From positions 60,080,001 to 60,144,000 of the forward strand of contig NC_086108.1 of NCBI RefSeq assembly GCF_963921235.1: 64,000 nucleotides of DNA, in the 5' to 3' direction. Shown in pieces: positions 37,261 through 51,750 of the stretch. Made by a program: the position numbers and the translations under genes. Positions within the stretch are counted from its first letter, which is position 1. Every line of letters starts with the position of its first letter. The notes under the pieces are model-generated. The model searched no databases. It worked only from the letters and a program-made list of their open reading frames with translations, and was not told where the DNA came from. The DNA comes from Mobula hypostoma (taxonomy: Eukaryota).

Positions 37261-40200
37261 TGTTGAGTATTTAATATTTCAGTAATATTTATGTAATATT
37301 TTAAATATATTGTTTCGCATTCTTTGTTGACATAGTCATTAAGTATTATATGTTAAAGTATGTGAATGGCATAAGTCATTATGCCACTACGTCATAATTA
37401 TGTGCCTCGCTAGAAGTCAAAATGGAACTAACATTTGTTACCAATCTCCCCATATATTTCTTCCAATTAACTTAATGTTTGGAGTTACAAAATATAACAG
37501 TGGTGACAAGGAAGTTTTAAAATGAGCCCAAGATGAACCCGAAATGAACCTGTCAAAGCAGAGCTAGATGTTCAAGTTTTAAAAAATTGCAGCACTTATT
37601 TTTTTCACAAGTGGATAGAGGCATTCAAGTTTAAAAGAAGGAAGAAAATGGACAAATTCAAGTGTCCATAAACAGTGAGTATCAGTTGATAATAATCATA
37701 AATTAAAAAAGCAGAAGCGGTTGGCTACATCAGAAAGATAGATATGTTTGTTTGCACAAATGATAACCAGCTGATCTATACTGAGCAAATTGAGCAGTAT
37801 TTCAAAGCAAATGAAATAGCCAATGAAAACCAAGTGCCAGTTTTGATGAGTGTAATTGGCAGAAGTGCATGCAGTTTGTTTAGATGTTTAACCGCTCCAA
37901 CAAAACCAGCCAAAATTAGCTTTACTGATATTATGAAGGTAATGTAGGAACACTTAGTACCAAAACATTGTTTATTGCAGAACACTTTAGGTTTCATAAG
38001 TGGAATTAATAGGAAGGAGGATCTATTTCAGCTTATGTGGCTGAGCAGAAGAAATTGTCTGAGTATTGCCAGTTCAATGATGGCCTTAATGATGCATTCA
38101 GAGATCCTTTAGTTTGTGAAATCTTAGAAAAAAGCATTCAAAAATGGCTCCTAACTGAAGCACAACTCATATTGAAAAGAGCAGTTGAAATTGCTGTATC
38201 AATGGAAACAACATACAGAGACACAATTGAGTTACAGTTCTGAATGAAAGTGAGAATGTACAAAATTGCAGCATCTAAACAGAAACTGGCCTGGACAAAC
38301 AAATTGTGTTACCATTGTGGCATAGACTTAGATACACCAGACCAATGTAAGTTTAAAGATGAAACTTGCAGAAAATGCAACAAGTAGATCACATACAAAG
38401 AGCATGTCGGTAGACAAAAACAAATGGACTACACAGAGAAAAGATAAAGATAAAAAGACAAGTCGTAGTTTCAAAAAGAGCACTAATCTGAATGCTGTTG
38501 ATAAAAAATCTGTTAACGATGGGAGTCACACAGGACTAGGAGCCTTGAGGTTTACAGTGTGAAAAATAACAAGAGACAAACAATATAGCTTAAACCAGAA
38601 GTGAACAGCAAATTAATTAAAATGGAATGGGACACTGGCTCTGATGCTTCAGTCATTCCACAAAATTAGTTTGAACGACTGTTCAAAAATACTGAACTGA
38701 AGCCTGCAGATATACAACTATACCAGAGAAAAGATAACTCCTGTGTGAATGGCACTCGTGAACAATGAAATACAACAACCAACAAGCCGCATTGGGTTTG
38801 TATATGGTAAAAGCAGGAGGACTAGCACTGTGGGTACATGCCTGGCTGGGACAACTATAACTTGTTCGGAGATCCATCCACAATTTGTATGCCACATCCC
38901 CTGCAATAAAGTGAACTAAAAGTGAATTAAGAAAGTTACTGAATGATACCACGGCAGTATTCAAGGAAAAATAGTGTTAAATGAAAGTGCCACATCCGCA
39001 TTTTACACAGCCCCATCCAGTTCCTTAAACCATCTATTATCAAGTAGCCTGTGAGTTAGATCGCATGGAGGCTGAGGGAATTCTTTCCAAGGTTGAGAGG
39101 AGCCCGTTGGCAACTCCAGTGGTTCCACTATTCACAAAGAATGAGTATGACAGGATCTGTGATGATTTTAAGGTCACCATCAACCCATAATGAAAGCAGA
39201 TCAATACTTTCCTCTCAGGACAAAGGATATGTTTGCAAACCTTTCTGGAAGTAAACACTTCAGTGAAGTGGTCTTAGCTGAGGCTGACTTACAGATGGAG
39301 TTGGAAGAAGAGTCCAAACTGTTTCAAACAATAAACACTCACAAAGGGCTTTGTCACTATTATAGGCTGATTTTTGGGTTAGAAACTGCACCTGCACTCT
39401 GGCAGTAAGCTATGGGCCAAGTGCTGTAGAGCTGCCAAGGCACCCAGAGTCATCTGGATGACATCATTGTCACTGCTGACGATGACAAGGAACATTTCCA
39501 AAATCTCAAGACAGTGTTAAAAAGATTAGAAGATTCTAGGCTCAGAGCACAATGCAACAAGTAATGGATGTCTTTAAACGATGCATCACTTACTATAGTC
39601 ACAGAATTGAGGTACAAGCTTTACACAAGTGTGCTGAGAAAAATTAAGCAGTAGTGGATGCCCCAAGGCCAAAGGGCATGTCACAGTTGTGGTTCTTTTT
39701 AGGATTCATTAATCACAATAACAGGCTCCTGCCAAACCTGGTTACTGTTCTCCACCCCTTGAAATCATTGGGAAGAAATGGCAATGGACAAAGCAGTAAA
39801 AGGTGGCCTTCCAAAGGGTAAAGGAAATGGTGGCATCAGACACTGTACTCACCTTATGATCCATGTCATCCAGTGAGGCTTACAGGTGACAACTGCTCCT
39901 TATGGTATATATGCAGTCGTGTCACATGTTATGAGTGATGGAAGTGAACACGCCATAACTTTGCATCTCATTCCCTTACCACTGCAGAGAAAAATACACA
40001 CAGATTGACAGAGAGGCCTTGAGTCTGGTTTAGGGCATAAAACGTTTCAGCCAGTACCTGTATGGGAGAGAGTTTGCCCTCATTACTGATCATCAACCAC
40101 TGGTGCCCATTTTCAATCCACAGAAGTCTGTTCTACTAACAGCAGCAGCACGAATGCAGAGATGGGCTCTGTTTCTTGCAGGACACAATTATCAGGTAGA

Positions 40201-41235
40201 ACTCAAGAGAACAGCTCATCATGGAAATGCTAATGAATTGTCCCATTTACCATAGGAAAAGAAAATACCTGAAAAATTTACAAAAGAGGACTTTTGTAAA
40301 CGTGTCCTCTTGACATATTCTCCCTAATGTAATTTGAAGATCTCACTATTACAGCAGAGGTAATCCAAAGGGAAACTAGCAAAGACCCTTCACTGTCTCT
40401 GGTCTACATGACAGCCCAAAATGGTTGGAATGTGCAGCAGAAATTCCAGTTCCCTCATTTTTAGCAGTGTAGGAAAGAACTTGCCATTGATGGGGACTGA
40501 GAGTTGTTGGACCATCCAAGGTGAGAGCTAATGAAAGTGTTGACTTGAAGCTTTGTCTGGTGGCCTGGGATAAGTCAGCCAATTGAGTAGCTCACCATGT
40601 ACTGCTCAGCATACAAGCACATCCAAGAGATACCAAGATCATTTTGGTGAAGAAAGAAGAAAGGGGAAAAAAGGTATTCAGAGCTGTCAGAACCTCTTCC
40701 TGCAGTCCCAAAGTCAACTCCTTCAACCGCCACAGAGGAGACCCCAGAACCTGAGATTGTTTCACAGCCATAAGTCTCACTTACCAAGCAGAATGATCCC
40801 TATTTGTCAGGAAAAATGTTATCCCACAGTGATTAAAATTTTAGCCCTGAATGGGATGATTTAAAATTTATTCTGTCTATAATAGACAGAGTATTTTTGG
40901 ATGTCAATATAGTAGTTGTATTATATAGTATTCTGTCTGTATATACGTTGAAATGTATTGTAGATTGAGTTGGAGTTTATAGCTAAGCAGGTCGGAGTGT
41001 TGTGTGTTTAATATTTCAGTAATATATTTATTTGGTTAAGCATTCTTTGTTGTTTATATATTTCATTACGGGTTATATACAAAAGTACATGAATGGTATA
41101 CATCATTATGCCACTACGTCATAAGTGCACGCCGTGCAAGAAGTAAAAATGAAACTAAGAGTAGACACGTTTTTCCCAGTCTCCCTATGTTTTTCTTTCA
41201 CTTAGTTTTATATGTTGGAGTTACAAAACATAACA
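37261..41235 (+). mobile_element. Gypsy/Ty3 (Mag-like) LTR retrotransposon, decayed, integrase largely deleted
   Basis: LTRs 37261-37499 and 40998-41235 (TGTTG...TAACA); PBS TGGTGACAAGGA at 37501, a CpG-decayed form of the tRNA-Ser PBS TGGCGACGAGGA. Gag (IEQYFKANEI), protease (MEWDTGS), RT (RICDDFKVTIN, TINTHKGL, HLDDIIV), RNase H (TDHQPL, RMQRWAL). No TSD found. Confidence 0.92.
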
Positions 41236-43009
41236 AGTCCCTTTTTCTGTTTCAGAGGGTTTTGAGACTTGGAAGTTCAGCTGTGGAGGCTAAGTGCTAG
41301 GACCTTCTACCTGGAATCAAGGACAAAGACCCTTCCTACTGCTCTTAACTGTACTATTGTCTGGCAGTGAGACATAGCAAGAATTAATGGTGAGTCGGTC
41401 TCGAGAGACACATAAACTAATAAATGCGATGTGAATAAATTAAATAATCATGATAAAATAAGAAAAGCTAACTAAAATACATCAATTGAAGAAGTTAGAT
41501 GTTGTTCTTGGGGGTGATTAAATGATATGGGGTGAAGCTCGACCAATCTGCTCAATGCAAGTGTTCTCCCATGAGGACATAAATGGTCTCCTGGTCTTAG
41601 ATTTATTGTCCTTTATATAATTATAAATCAATAAAAATTTTTAATGAAGGTAATATACTTTAAACTATCTTTCTAAATTTCCAGGAGGGAAATTTCCTTT
41701 GAAATGAATAGGGATCATCAAGTATGTTTGCCATTGTGATATGAGAAGTGATTTACAAATGAATATTTAGAAAACCAATCACATTTAGCTGCACTGCTGG
41801 GCACTGCTGCCCTGTGACAGAGCAGATTAATAAATACAGTGGACTCTGTCACTCCATAAATCCTGGACTTAAAATGGATCTGCAAAGGTTTGGGATTTTC
41901 TGAACTGCCAACATGATTCAGCCCCCCAAGTGTATTCGAAGCCAAGATAAATTGGTAAGTTGCTTTTATTATTGTTGCATGTACCTAGATGCAGTGGAAA
42001 AACTTGTCTTGCACACCATTCATAAAGATCAATTCCTTACAACAGTCCATTGAAGTAGTATAAGGAGTAGAATAAGTCATTTCAGTTACAGAGAATTTTT
42101 CACCACAGGTAAACAATAAGGTACAAGGTCATAATGAGATTGAGGTAGATAGAGAGATTTTTGGACTAAAGATAGTGGACAGGTTAGGGTATTCATCATC
42201 TTGTTTGATAGTGCCTTGCAATATGTTGCATTTAGCTCAAAAAGCCAACAAAGTTGAAAGTTTAATTTGAAATATAACATTCGTGAGATGGCCACGGTTT
42301 AACCACCTACTGGTAACCCTTCCTGGAAGTACAGGATATTAAATATAACTGTGGTATATTTATATCAAAATATTAATGCTGACCAACTACAGCAGACTGG
42401 TGTAGGTTCAAGCATTGAACTACTTACCTTTGAGGCCTAATGATAAAGGGTTAATACAATCTATTAAGAACGGTACCAAAGGGAAAAACCAGAGGAGCAG
42501 GTAGTACTGCAGCAACAGCATTTTAGAATAAAGTAATATTGATGTTAGTATGTCATATCAGAGGCCAATCTAGTAAAGCTTTTTTTATTGAAATAACTCT
42601 GAACATTCCTCTGCTACCCAGTCGACCATGTTTCTTTTTCTTACAATCAACAGTTACTGTAAGAGTTGTATACCATTAGATTATAAATGGAAGGTCAACT
42701 CTGTCCAGAAATGATCAGAATTGATGTAGACTCTACAGGAGTGAATAATGCAATAATGCAATCTTCATCTGTTTCATTAGGCACGTTGCTGGATTGAGAG
42801 CAAGTATTATAGTTGCTGTGCAGTGAGGGTAAATATCACGGAAGAAAACCTTTATCATAATGGTCATCAGTGAGAATAGCCTTTCAACTGCAACTGTGCA
42901 ATAATAGATGTGAATATGTGAATACCTGATATTGATTGTCAGCTTTCCAGACAATATAAAATCACAAACGTCACAAATGGCATCTACTCATTTGTAGCAA
43001 AAATAAGCT

Positions 43010-43215
43010 AACCTCTCTCTTCCTTCTTGATGTTCCCATAGCCTTTGAGAAGGTTGGCCGCACATCCTTCTCCATTGCCTCTCCACTCGTTCGGAGCTGC
43101 CTTCAGCCAATCTGTTCTTATCCATCTAGTCAATAGCTTGTCTTTGTTCTCCCAAACTGATACCTCTGGTGTTCCCCAAAGGTCTTGTCCTCTGCCTCCT
43201 CCCATTTGGCATCCA
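43010..43215 (+). mobile_element. Ancient L2/CR1-group RT fragment
   Basis: Decayed LLLLD...AF..V segment and SGVPQ(G)S motif. Confidence 0.5.
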
Positions 43216-44839
43216 CAGTCTGCTTCATATTGATATCAGCAAGATATCTTCCTTGTTGCCAATTAGTGGGCTGGGGGTTTAGGTGATCTATTAGTTTTTG
43301 TGCGAGGGAGGGCTTGGGATTTGTGAATTTTTGCTCCTTTTCTTTTTGTGCGGGGTGCAATGCCTTTCTTTGGTTTTTTTGTATTCTATGACTATCTGAA
43401 GAAGAGACAAATTTCAGAGTTGTCTCAGTAGCATCTGTTTCAAAACGTACACAGACACGGCTCTACACTTCCATCTAGATTTAAAAAGAGATAGTTTCCC
43501 TCAACATTGTCCCTGCAGGTGCAGCCAGCAAATGCAAAGTGTGGTTACCATAGTCAGGATAATGAGAAGGCAGTATAAAGTTGCCATCATGCCTGATTCC
43601 CACTTAGCAGGCATGGGTTGGCTCTACTTCATGAATTGTATGCAGAAAGTGTGAAGTGTGCACAGAAGCTATTGAACTGCATTCACTGAGCTGCAATTCC
43701 ATTATTTCATTAACTAGCTTTGGGTCAAAATCCAACCAGACAATCCACAGCAGAGTGGCTGTGTTACCTATTTGTAACAACGCTCAGAAGTTCCACCTTC
43801 ATTTCCTGCTGTGAAAAAGTGCACTCTAATTGGTATTATGAGGACACCAGATCTAGAGAAACCATAAAAATAAATGGTATAAGAAATGAAGGAGTATTCA
43901 TGCAGGGAGAAGTGTTTCTCTAAGACTTGGGATCAAAATACAGTTTTAGGATGTCAGAGTGAATGCTTGCACCCGCGTTCAAACTGAATCATGCTTGTTC
44001 TGGGGGTGTTTAATGCAAACAAAGTTTCATCCAGCAGAAGTAGTTGCAATGAAAATTATAGTAAGTTCCATTGAAGTGATTCCACTTACTTTCTGAGAAT
44101 TGATATAATTCAGAATTACCACTTTTTCTTCCTTAACTTAATAGAATGGCATTTTTTAAAATGGAAATTAATTTGAAATATATCATTCTCATTTATAATT
44201 ATTGTTGGAAGTACATTTTTCCTTGGAACCTCTTGCCTTTGGATCACCAAAGTAAAAGTATCTTCTATTATAGTATCTCCTTGTCATTAGCTTTTAAACA
44301 ATATTCAGCACTATTTAGTAGATTTTTAAATGAAAGACCTTTACAAATGAATGTGGAATTTGACTGAACGAGACACGTATGACAAAAAATCCTAGATTAT
44401 GTATACCGGTTGTGAGATATTTTTATGTAGGAATTGGTTCTGAGTGTGGTAGTGTCTTTTCACAAATTGTTGATTAGTTCTTGAGGAAGGTTTTGCAAGT
44501 TTTATATGAAAAATCAAATGAGCTGCAATGTTAGAAATGTAAAAGCAGGATATGCTGGATACTCAGCAGGTCATGTACGTAGTACCTGTAGAAAATGAAT
44601 CAGAGCTAACACTGCAGGATGATGATGTTTTGTCAGATGAAAGGTCTTCGACCTGAAACATTACCCGGCCTTTCTATAGATGCTGCCATGTCTGCTGTTT
44701 GTTTCCAGAATTTTCTTCTTTTATTGTGTTTGTTTTACTAATGTTTGTCTGTCAATCCGACAGAGTTTCAAATAATTAGTGTAAATAGAAAGATGATCTA
44801 AAGGGTACCAGTTTCTCCTTGAATCTGTCAGTTCTCTAT

Positions 44840-45835
44840 GCTCAAAGCTCAAAGTAAATTTAATATCAAAGTACATAGATGTTACCATATGCTACCTTGA
44901 GATTCATTTTCTTGCGGGCCTTTACATGGAAAAAAATAAATAAAGCATAATTTTTATGAAAAACTACATGAACAGACTAAGACTGACAAGTGACCAACGT
45001 GCAAAAGAAGACAATCTGTGCAAACAAAACTAATACTGAGAACGTGAGTTGTAAAGGATCCTTGAAAGCAAGTCTGTAGGTTGCAAAATCAGTTCAAGGT
45101 GGTGGTAAGTGAAGTTAGTCATGTCAGTTCAGGAGCCTGATGATTGTAGGGCAATAACTGTTCCTAACCTTGTGATGTGGAATCTAAGGCTTCTGTACCA
45201 CCTCTCCTATGGTAGTAATGAGAAGAGAGGAAGGCCTGGATGGTGGGGGTGGTCTTAGATGGTCGATGGTGCTTTCTTCTGGCAGTGCTCCATGTAAGTG
45301 TACTGAGTGGTGAGGAGGGTTCTTCCTGTTATGGACGGGGCTGATCCATCGCGTCTGTTTCCCTTCCTGGGCATTGGTGTTTCCATACCAGGCCGTGATG
45401 CAATCAGTCAGGATACTCTCCACTCTGCACTGAGAGAAGTTCATCAGAGTTTGCGATGACATGCTGCATCTGTGCAAACCTCTAAGAAAATAGAGGTGCT
45501 GTGGTGCTTCCTTTCTTACATGTTGTTCCCAGGACAGATTCCCTGAAATAATAAGTGTCAAGGAATTTAAAGTTACTGACTCCCACCACCTGATGAAGGC
45601 AGGCTCTGAACCTCTTGTTTCCTCCTCCTGGAGGCAATAATCGGCACTTTGATTTTGCTGATATTGAGTGAGAGGTTGTTGTGGCACCACTCAACCAGAT
45701 TTTCTGTTTCCCTCCTATATGCCAATTTGTCGCCACCTTTGATTCAGCCAACAACAATGGTGTCATCAGCAAACTTGCATTTGGCACTGGAGCTGTGCTT
45801 AGCCTCAGAGTCATAAGCATAAAGCGAGTATAGCA
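44840..45835 (-). mobile_element. Rex1/Babar-type LINE 3' portion
   Basis: FADDTIVVG, LYFLRGLHR and VESILTDCITAWYGN motifs; ctttgag repeat tail. Confidence 0.85.
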
Positions 45836-48583
45836 GTGCTGATATTGGTGTTCTAACGGTGCTAGTCGACAAAGTGGTTAAGATTGCCACCTATTGTCAA
45901 GACTAAAATTAGATGAGATGCAGGGTGAAGACAGAAGAAGAAACGCATAATTTGAGTCCCAATGTTTGCTTCAAGCAAGAAAGAGAAGTAAAAAGGAAGT
46001 GCAGAAATTTTACTTCAATATAAGAATATTTTGGGCGTACAATTAACATTCAAGGTAGAAACTATATCTCACCATCTTACGGCAAGTGTTAAGTGATATT
46101 ATAAAGCCTGGGGAAGACAAATGGAAGGATGGGGGATTATATCACTGGGGGAACAACCACTAAAATAGAGCTGGTGATGGCAGCTTCTGGATGAAGTTAT
46201 ATTATTCTGAATTCCAAAGCTCCAGGAAGTCCTTCACAGGAGAGTGCTATAAATCAGGGATACCAATGATCAGCCTATTAGTAAAATAAGGTACTTCATA
46301 TTGCAGTACATTATTCCCTGCTGCATGAGATGTCATCTAATGGGAGCAAGAATGAACTACAGGAGTGTGCTTGTCGGAAGTGAAAGGCGTACATTTTATA
46401 AGGTAGCTCTGTATTTTATTTATATCTCTTGTTTCACAGGTTAATGTTAGTCCCTCACTTAGTCAATGTGATTCATTTAAATTTTGAAACGCTACACAAG
46501 AACATTAGTAGGACTTTACCAGAATAATTAGTTTAGGAATATTGTATATTTACATATGTAATTAGGTTATTCATTATGTATGGAAATCGTCGTTTCGATT
46601 GAGGAATGGAAAAAAAATGGAACTGTATGTTCCAGCAATACCACTCCATGAATAGTCTTTGGGAATCTGCAAATAATGTATCTGACTGCATATCATATTA
46701 TAAAACTTCAAAGTAGTTCCATAGTAATATTTCACAATATGCCCCTGAAAATCAGGTGCACACTGTCTGAGGATATGTCATTGCTGGGTGCCTTTAGTTT
46801 GCCTGAATGTGGTATTGAGACTCAGGCCTCGTTAAATCCAGCTTGGTGATTCAAGATCACACTGTTATCATCACAGGGCTCCAAGTAAATAGTTGCGTGT
46901 GCCAGATACTGCCTAACCTGATAAATGTTGAACAGAGGCAAAAGATTGCAGCTGCTACAAATCTGGAGCAACACACAAAAAGATGGAGGAACTCAGCAGG
47001 TCAGGCAGCATTTAATGGACTGACAACACAGTGGGTTAAAGCCATCAGGACTGGAAAGAAAGAGGGGAGATATCCAGTACAAAATGTTGGGGAGGTAGGG
47101 AAGAGTAGAGCAAACATTAGTTGGATAATGGATGGATCCAGGTGACAGGTTGATAGGCAGCTGAGGGAATGGGAGAGTGGGAATCATTTGGAAGGAAGGT
47201 GTGGGTGGTGGTTAGATCCAGAGGGTGGGAGGAGGAAAGAACCTCAAATAAATGTTGTGTCCCGAGACTAAGGGAAAAACGTGATTCAAGCATAAGTAAG
47301 TAATGTACATTTTTATCCATGATGAATATGACCACAACCTCACTTCTGACAATAATATATATTCATATGTAAATATATAAAGGAACCACAATTACAAGTG
47401 ACAAACTAGCTCAATATTACACATGACAGAAGCACATATAAAAGGGAATATTAATTTTTTACAAAGAAATAGCATACATTCTGAACTTCCCAATATCTCC
47501 AGAGTATTCCATTGGGATAGATATCCCAGGTCACTTCAGCTCGCAATACAGATGTTTTAAAAAGATGAAGATAAGGGCCAGTGAGAAAAATATGGCACAT
47601 TTTGAAAAACTACACAGAGAAAGAAAATGACTGGGATATCAAAGGTTTTAATGATCATTGGAGATTCATGAGTCAGTGAACCTGTGACTAGTATTAAGGC
47701 AGCATCAGTTATGAAGACAGTGAATGCAGATCTCTGAAAGGCAGAGAGATAATGATAAGGAGAGAAAGCACAGGAGAATTAAACCCAGGTAACATAGTGC
47801 AAAGAACTTGAATGCAATGCTGTCACAGTTAATGAGAGAAACGATAAAATGGTAGTGCAAGACTCACAAGATCTATAGTCAGACTGGAAAGCACAAATGA
47901 ATGTCATATTTTTCACAGCTTATATTGGAAAGAGTAGATATGTTTTTATTGCAAATAATGTTTTGGAAGTGGAGGCTGCAATGAAAAGGCACAGGCACAG
48001 AATTACTATTATAGGGAAGTATAAAATGTTTATTATGTTGGTAGAGATTGGATCCTAGGCTGACATGCTCATGAATATGGTAGTGTAACAAAACCGCAAT
48101 AACGCCGGGCTCACTGGCATAGAGCAGAAATTAGAGAAAGATCGACGGTTTGCATGAGGAATCAAAAAGCAGAATAAACAGTGAATAGGTTACATAGCCA
48201 CAGAAAATTGTTCCTGGTGAACAGAAGAGATTCTGCAGAAGCTGGAAATCCAGAGTAGTACACTCACAAAATGCTGGGGGAACTTAGCAGGTCAGGCAAT
48301 TTTCATGGAGAGGAATAAACAATCGATGTTTTCAGCCAAGACCCCTCATCAGTACTGGAAATGAAAGGGGAAGAAGCCAATGTAAGAAGGTGGGAGAAGG
48401 CAGGCGACAGGTGAGACCAGGTGATGGAGCAGGTGGATAGGTGGGGGAAAGAGAATGAATTAAGAAGTATAAGTGTATCCTTTGTGGTCTGCTCAGAACT
48501 GATGGACTGAAGGACATGTTCCTGGGATGTGTGAATCCACGCCTCTAATTTCCCTGTCATGAATTCATGTTGATTCTTCCTAG

Positions 48584-49430
48584 TGTTACGAGAATACACA
48601 TAAAATTAAGATGTTTGCTGGCCTGGGTTAGCATCAGTGACATCAGCAGTTGGTCTGCCACCTGCCCTCAGGGGAAGGAGAGATAAGGAACAATGGAGCA
48701 GCGTCTGGAGATATGTAATGAAGGGACGTGGGAGAGAGAGAGCTGTCTGGAGCGGCTCCCCCTTTGAACCCTGAACTGTTTGAAGTGATGGACAAGTGAT
48801 ACCCCAGCAGGGGGATAAAAAGGGACAGGTTCGCTAAGACAGGGACACACACGCCACCCGAGGTAACGAGACCCTGGAAGCGGAGCGCCTCTCACGAGTG
48901 GGTGAGAAGTATCAGACAACGACCAGGGTGGAAAGGTACGATCAGCGGGAACCCGGTGTGTGTCCGCCCTTGCCTGGGTGCCGGGTTCACTGCAGAGGAT
49001 CGACCGCATCTGGAGGAGGGGTCACAGTCGGTGACCTCAGGTGACATCACCAAGGACCCGCCCGAAAGCTGCTTGTGAGCCATCCCGCCGGTCTGTGAGT
49101 GGAAGCCGTTCTGAATGATCAGTTGTTCCTGTTCTATCTCTCTCTTCCCCCACCTTGTCCATCGCCATGGCAACGATTACTGCGAACTGAACTTTGAATC
49201 ACTTTGAAATTTGGTCATTTACCCCTAGACAACGATAGAGCTTGATTGATGCTGTTATCTTAATTCTGTGCACATGTGTGGTTAACATTGCTGAACTGTT
49301 GCATTTATTATCCTTTCGATTACTGTGTTGCTTGTTTCTTTAATAAAACTTTCTTAGTTCTAGTAATCCAGACTCCAACTGAGTGATCCATTTCTGCTGG
49401 TTTGGCAACCCAGTTACGGGGTACGTAACA
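48584..49430 (+). mobile_element. Young solo LTR (847 bp)
   Basis: Inverted termini TGTTACG...CGTAACA; 4-bp TSD CTAG (48580-48583, 49431-49434); AATAAA at ~49342; CpG-rich. Confidence 0.9.
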
Positions 49431-49814
49431 CTAGTTATATTATGATTTTCCAAGTGCCTTTTCACTGCTTCCTTAATCATAAATTCCATCATTTTCACTA
49501 TAACTGAGATCAGGCCAACTGATTTATAGTATTCACCTTGCCTCTTTTTAAAATTGTGGAATTATATTTTCTACCCACCAATGTGCGGTAACATTCGAAA
49601 ATTTATGGAAACTTGAAAGAAAATAACATTGCATTCACAGTCTCCATGGCCTACCTGTCAGACCCCCAGGCTGCAGGTCATCAACACCCAGACAATTATC
49701 ACTTAATGTTCTCATTAATTTCCCAAGAATTGGTTTTCATTTACAGACGCTGGTTTCTTTGAGCTCCTCATATAACTTGTAATCCTCTAGTTTTCTCACT
49801 GTCACTACTACTGA

Positions 49815-50737
49815 GAAAACAATCCTTATACTGAATGGAAATTTTCTGATGATACAACCATTGTTGGTAGAATTTCAGATGGAGGTGAGAGGGCATACAG
49901 GAGCAAGAAATGCCATCTAGTGAAGTGGTGCCACAGCAACAACCTGGCACTCAGTGTCAATAAGACGAAAGAGCTGATTGTGGATTTCAGGAAGGGTAAG
50001 ATGAAGGCACACATACCAATCCTCACAGGGGGATCAGAAGTGGAAAGAGTGAGCAGTTTCAAGTTCCTGAGGACCTAACCTGGTCCCAACATATTGATGC
50101 AGTTATAAAGAAGGCAAGACAGTGATTACACTTCATTCGGAGTTTGAAGAGGTTTGTCATGTCAACAAGTACACTCAAAAACCTATAGATGTACCGTGGA
50201 GAGCATTCTGACAGGCTGTATCACTGTCCGGTATGGGGAGAATGGGGAGCTACTGCAGAGGATTGAAAGAAGCTGCAGAGGGTTGTAAATTTAGTCGGCT
50301 CCATCTTGGTACTAGCCTACAAAGTACGCAGGACATCTTCAAGAAGCAGTATCTCAGAAAGGAAGCACCCATTATTAAGGACCTCCAGCACCCAAGGCAT
50401 GTACTTTTTTCACTGTTACCATTAGGTAGGAGGTACAGAAGCCTGAAGGCACACACTCAGTGATTCAGGAATAGCTTCTTCCCCTCTGCCATCTGATTCC
50501 TAAATGGACATTGAACTCATGAACACTACCTCACTTTATTAATATGTGTTATTTCTGTTTTTTTTGCATGATTTTTAATCTATTGAGTATACGTATATTG
50601 TAATTGATTTACTCATTTATTACTATTATTATTTTTTCTCTCTTCTTCTATATTATGTATTGCATTGAACTGCTGCTGCTAAGTTAACAAATTTCACGGC
50701 ACATGCCGATGATAATAAACCTGATTCTGATTCTGAG
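49815..50737 (+). mobile_element. Rex1/Babar-type LINE 3' portion
   Basis: FSDDTTIVG, KTKELIVDFRK, VESILTGCIT and LFSLLPLGRRYRSL motifs; (gattct)n tail. Confidence 0.88.
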
Positions 50738-51750
50738 AACCGCGTCTGAAAGAGAAAGAAGACCTCATCTCTTTCTTAAAAGGGCAACCCCTATATTTAA
50801 ACAGGTTCTACAATTTCCCACAAAGAGAAGCATTTCTCCAAATTCACTTTGTCAGGACCTTATACAGCTATGCCTCAATCAAGTGTCCTCTCACTCTTCT
50901 AAACTTCATCAACTACTAGTCAATCCTTGCTTCACAAGACAACCCTCCTATCCTAGGCAACACACACAAATGCTGGAGGAACTCAGCAGGCCAGGCAACA
51001 TCTATGAGGAAGGGAGTCGACTAGAGACTGTATGCTTTCCAGGGTGTAGCATGACAGGTTCAGACTTGATGCACCACACAGTTCCTTGTTTCAGCTCATC
51101 ATCCTGCTTAGGAGGAACATGCACCTTCTCAAAACATAAGAACATAAGAAATAGGAGCAGGAGTAGGCCATCCAGCCCATCATGCCTGCCCCGCCATTCA
51201 GTAAGATCATGGCTGATCTGTCCATAAACTCAGCTCCATCTACCTGCCTTTTCCCCATAACCCTTAATTCCCTTACTATGTAAAAACCTATCCAACTGTA
51301 TCTTAAATATATTAAGTGAAGAAGCCTCAACTGCTTCCCAGGGCAGAGAATTCCACAGATTCACCACTTTCTGGGAAAAACAGTTTCTCCTCATCTCTGT
51401 CCTAAATCTTCTCCCCTGAATCTTGAGGCAATGTCCCTTAGTTCTAGTCTCACCTACCAATGGAAACAACTTTCCTACTTATATCTTATCTATCCCTTTC
51501 AAAATTTTGTATGTTTCTATAAGATCCCCTCTCATTCTTCTGAATTCCAGAGAGTATAGTCCCAGGCGACTCAATCTCTCCTCATAGGTTAACCCCTTCA
51601 TCCCTGGAATCAACCTGGTGAACTTCCTCTGCACTGCCTCCAAAGCCAGTATATCCTTCCTCAAGTATGGAGACCAGAACAGCACACAGTACTCCAGGTG
51701 CAGTCTCACCAGTACTCTGTATAGTTGCAGCATGACCTCCCTGCTATTGA

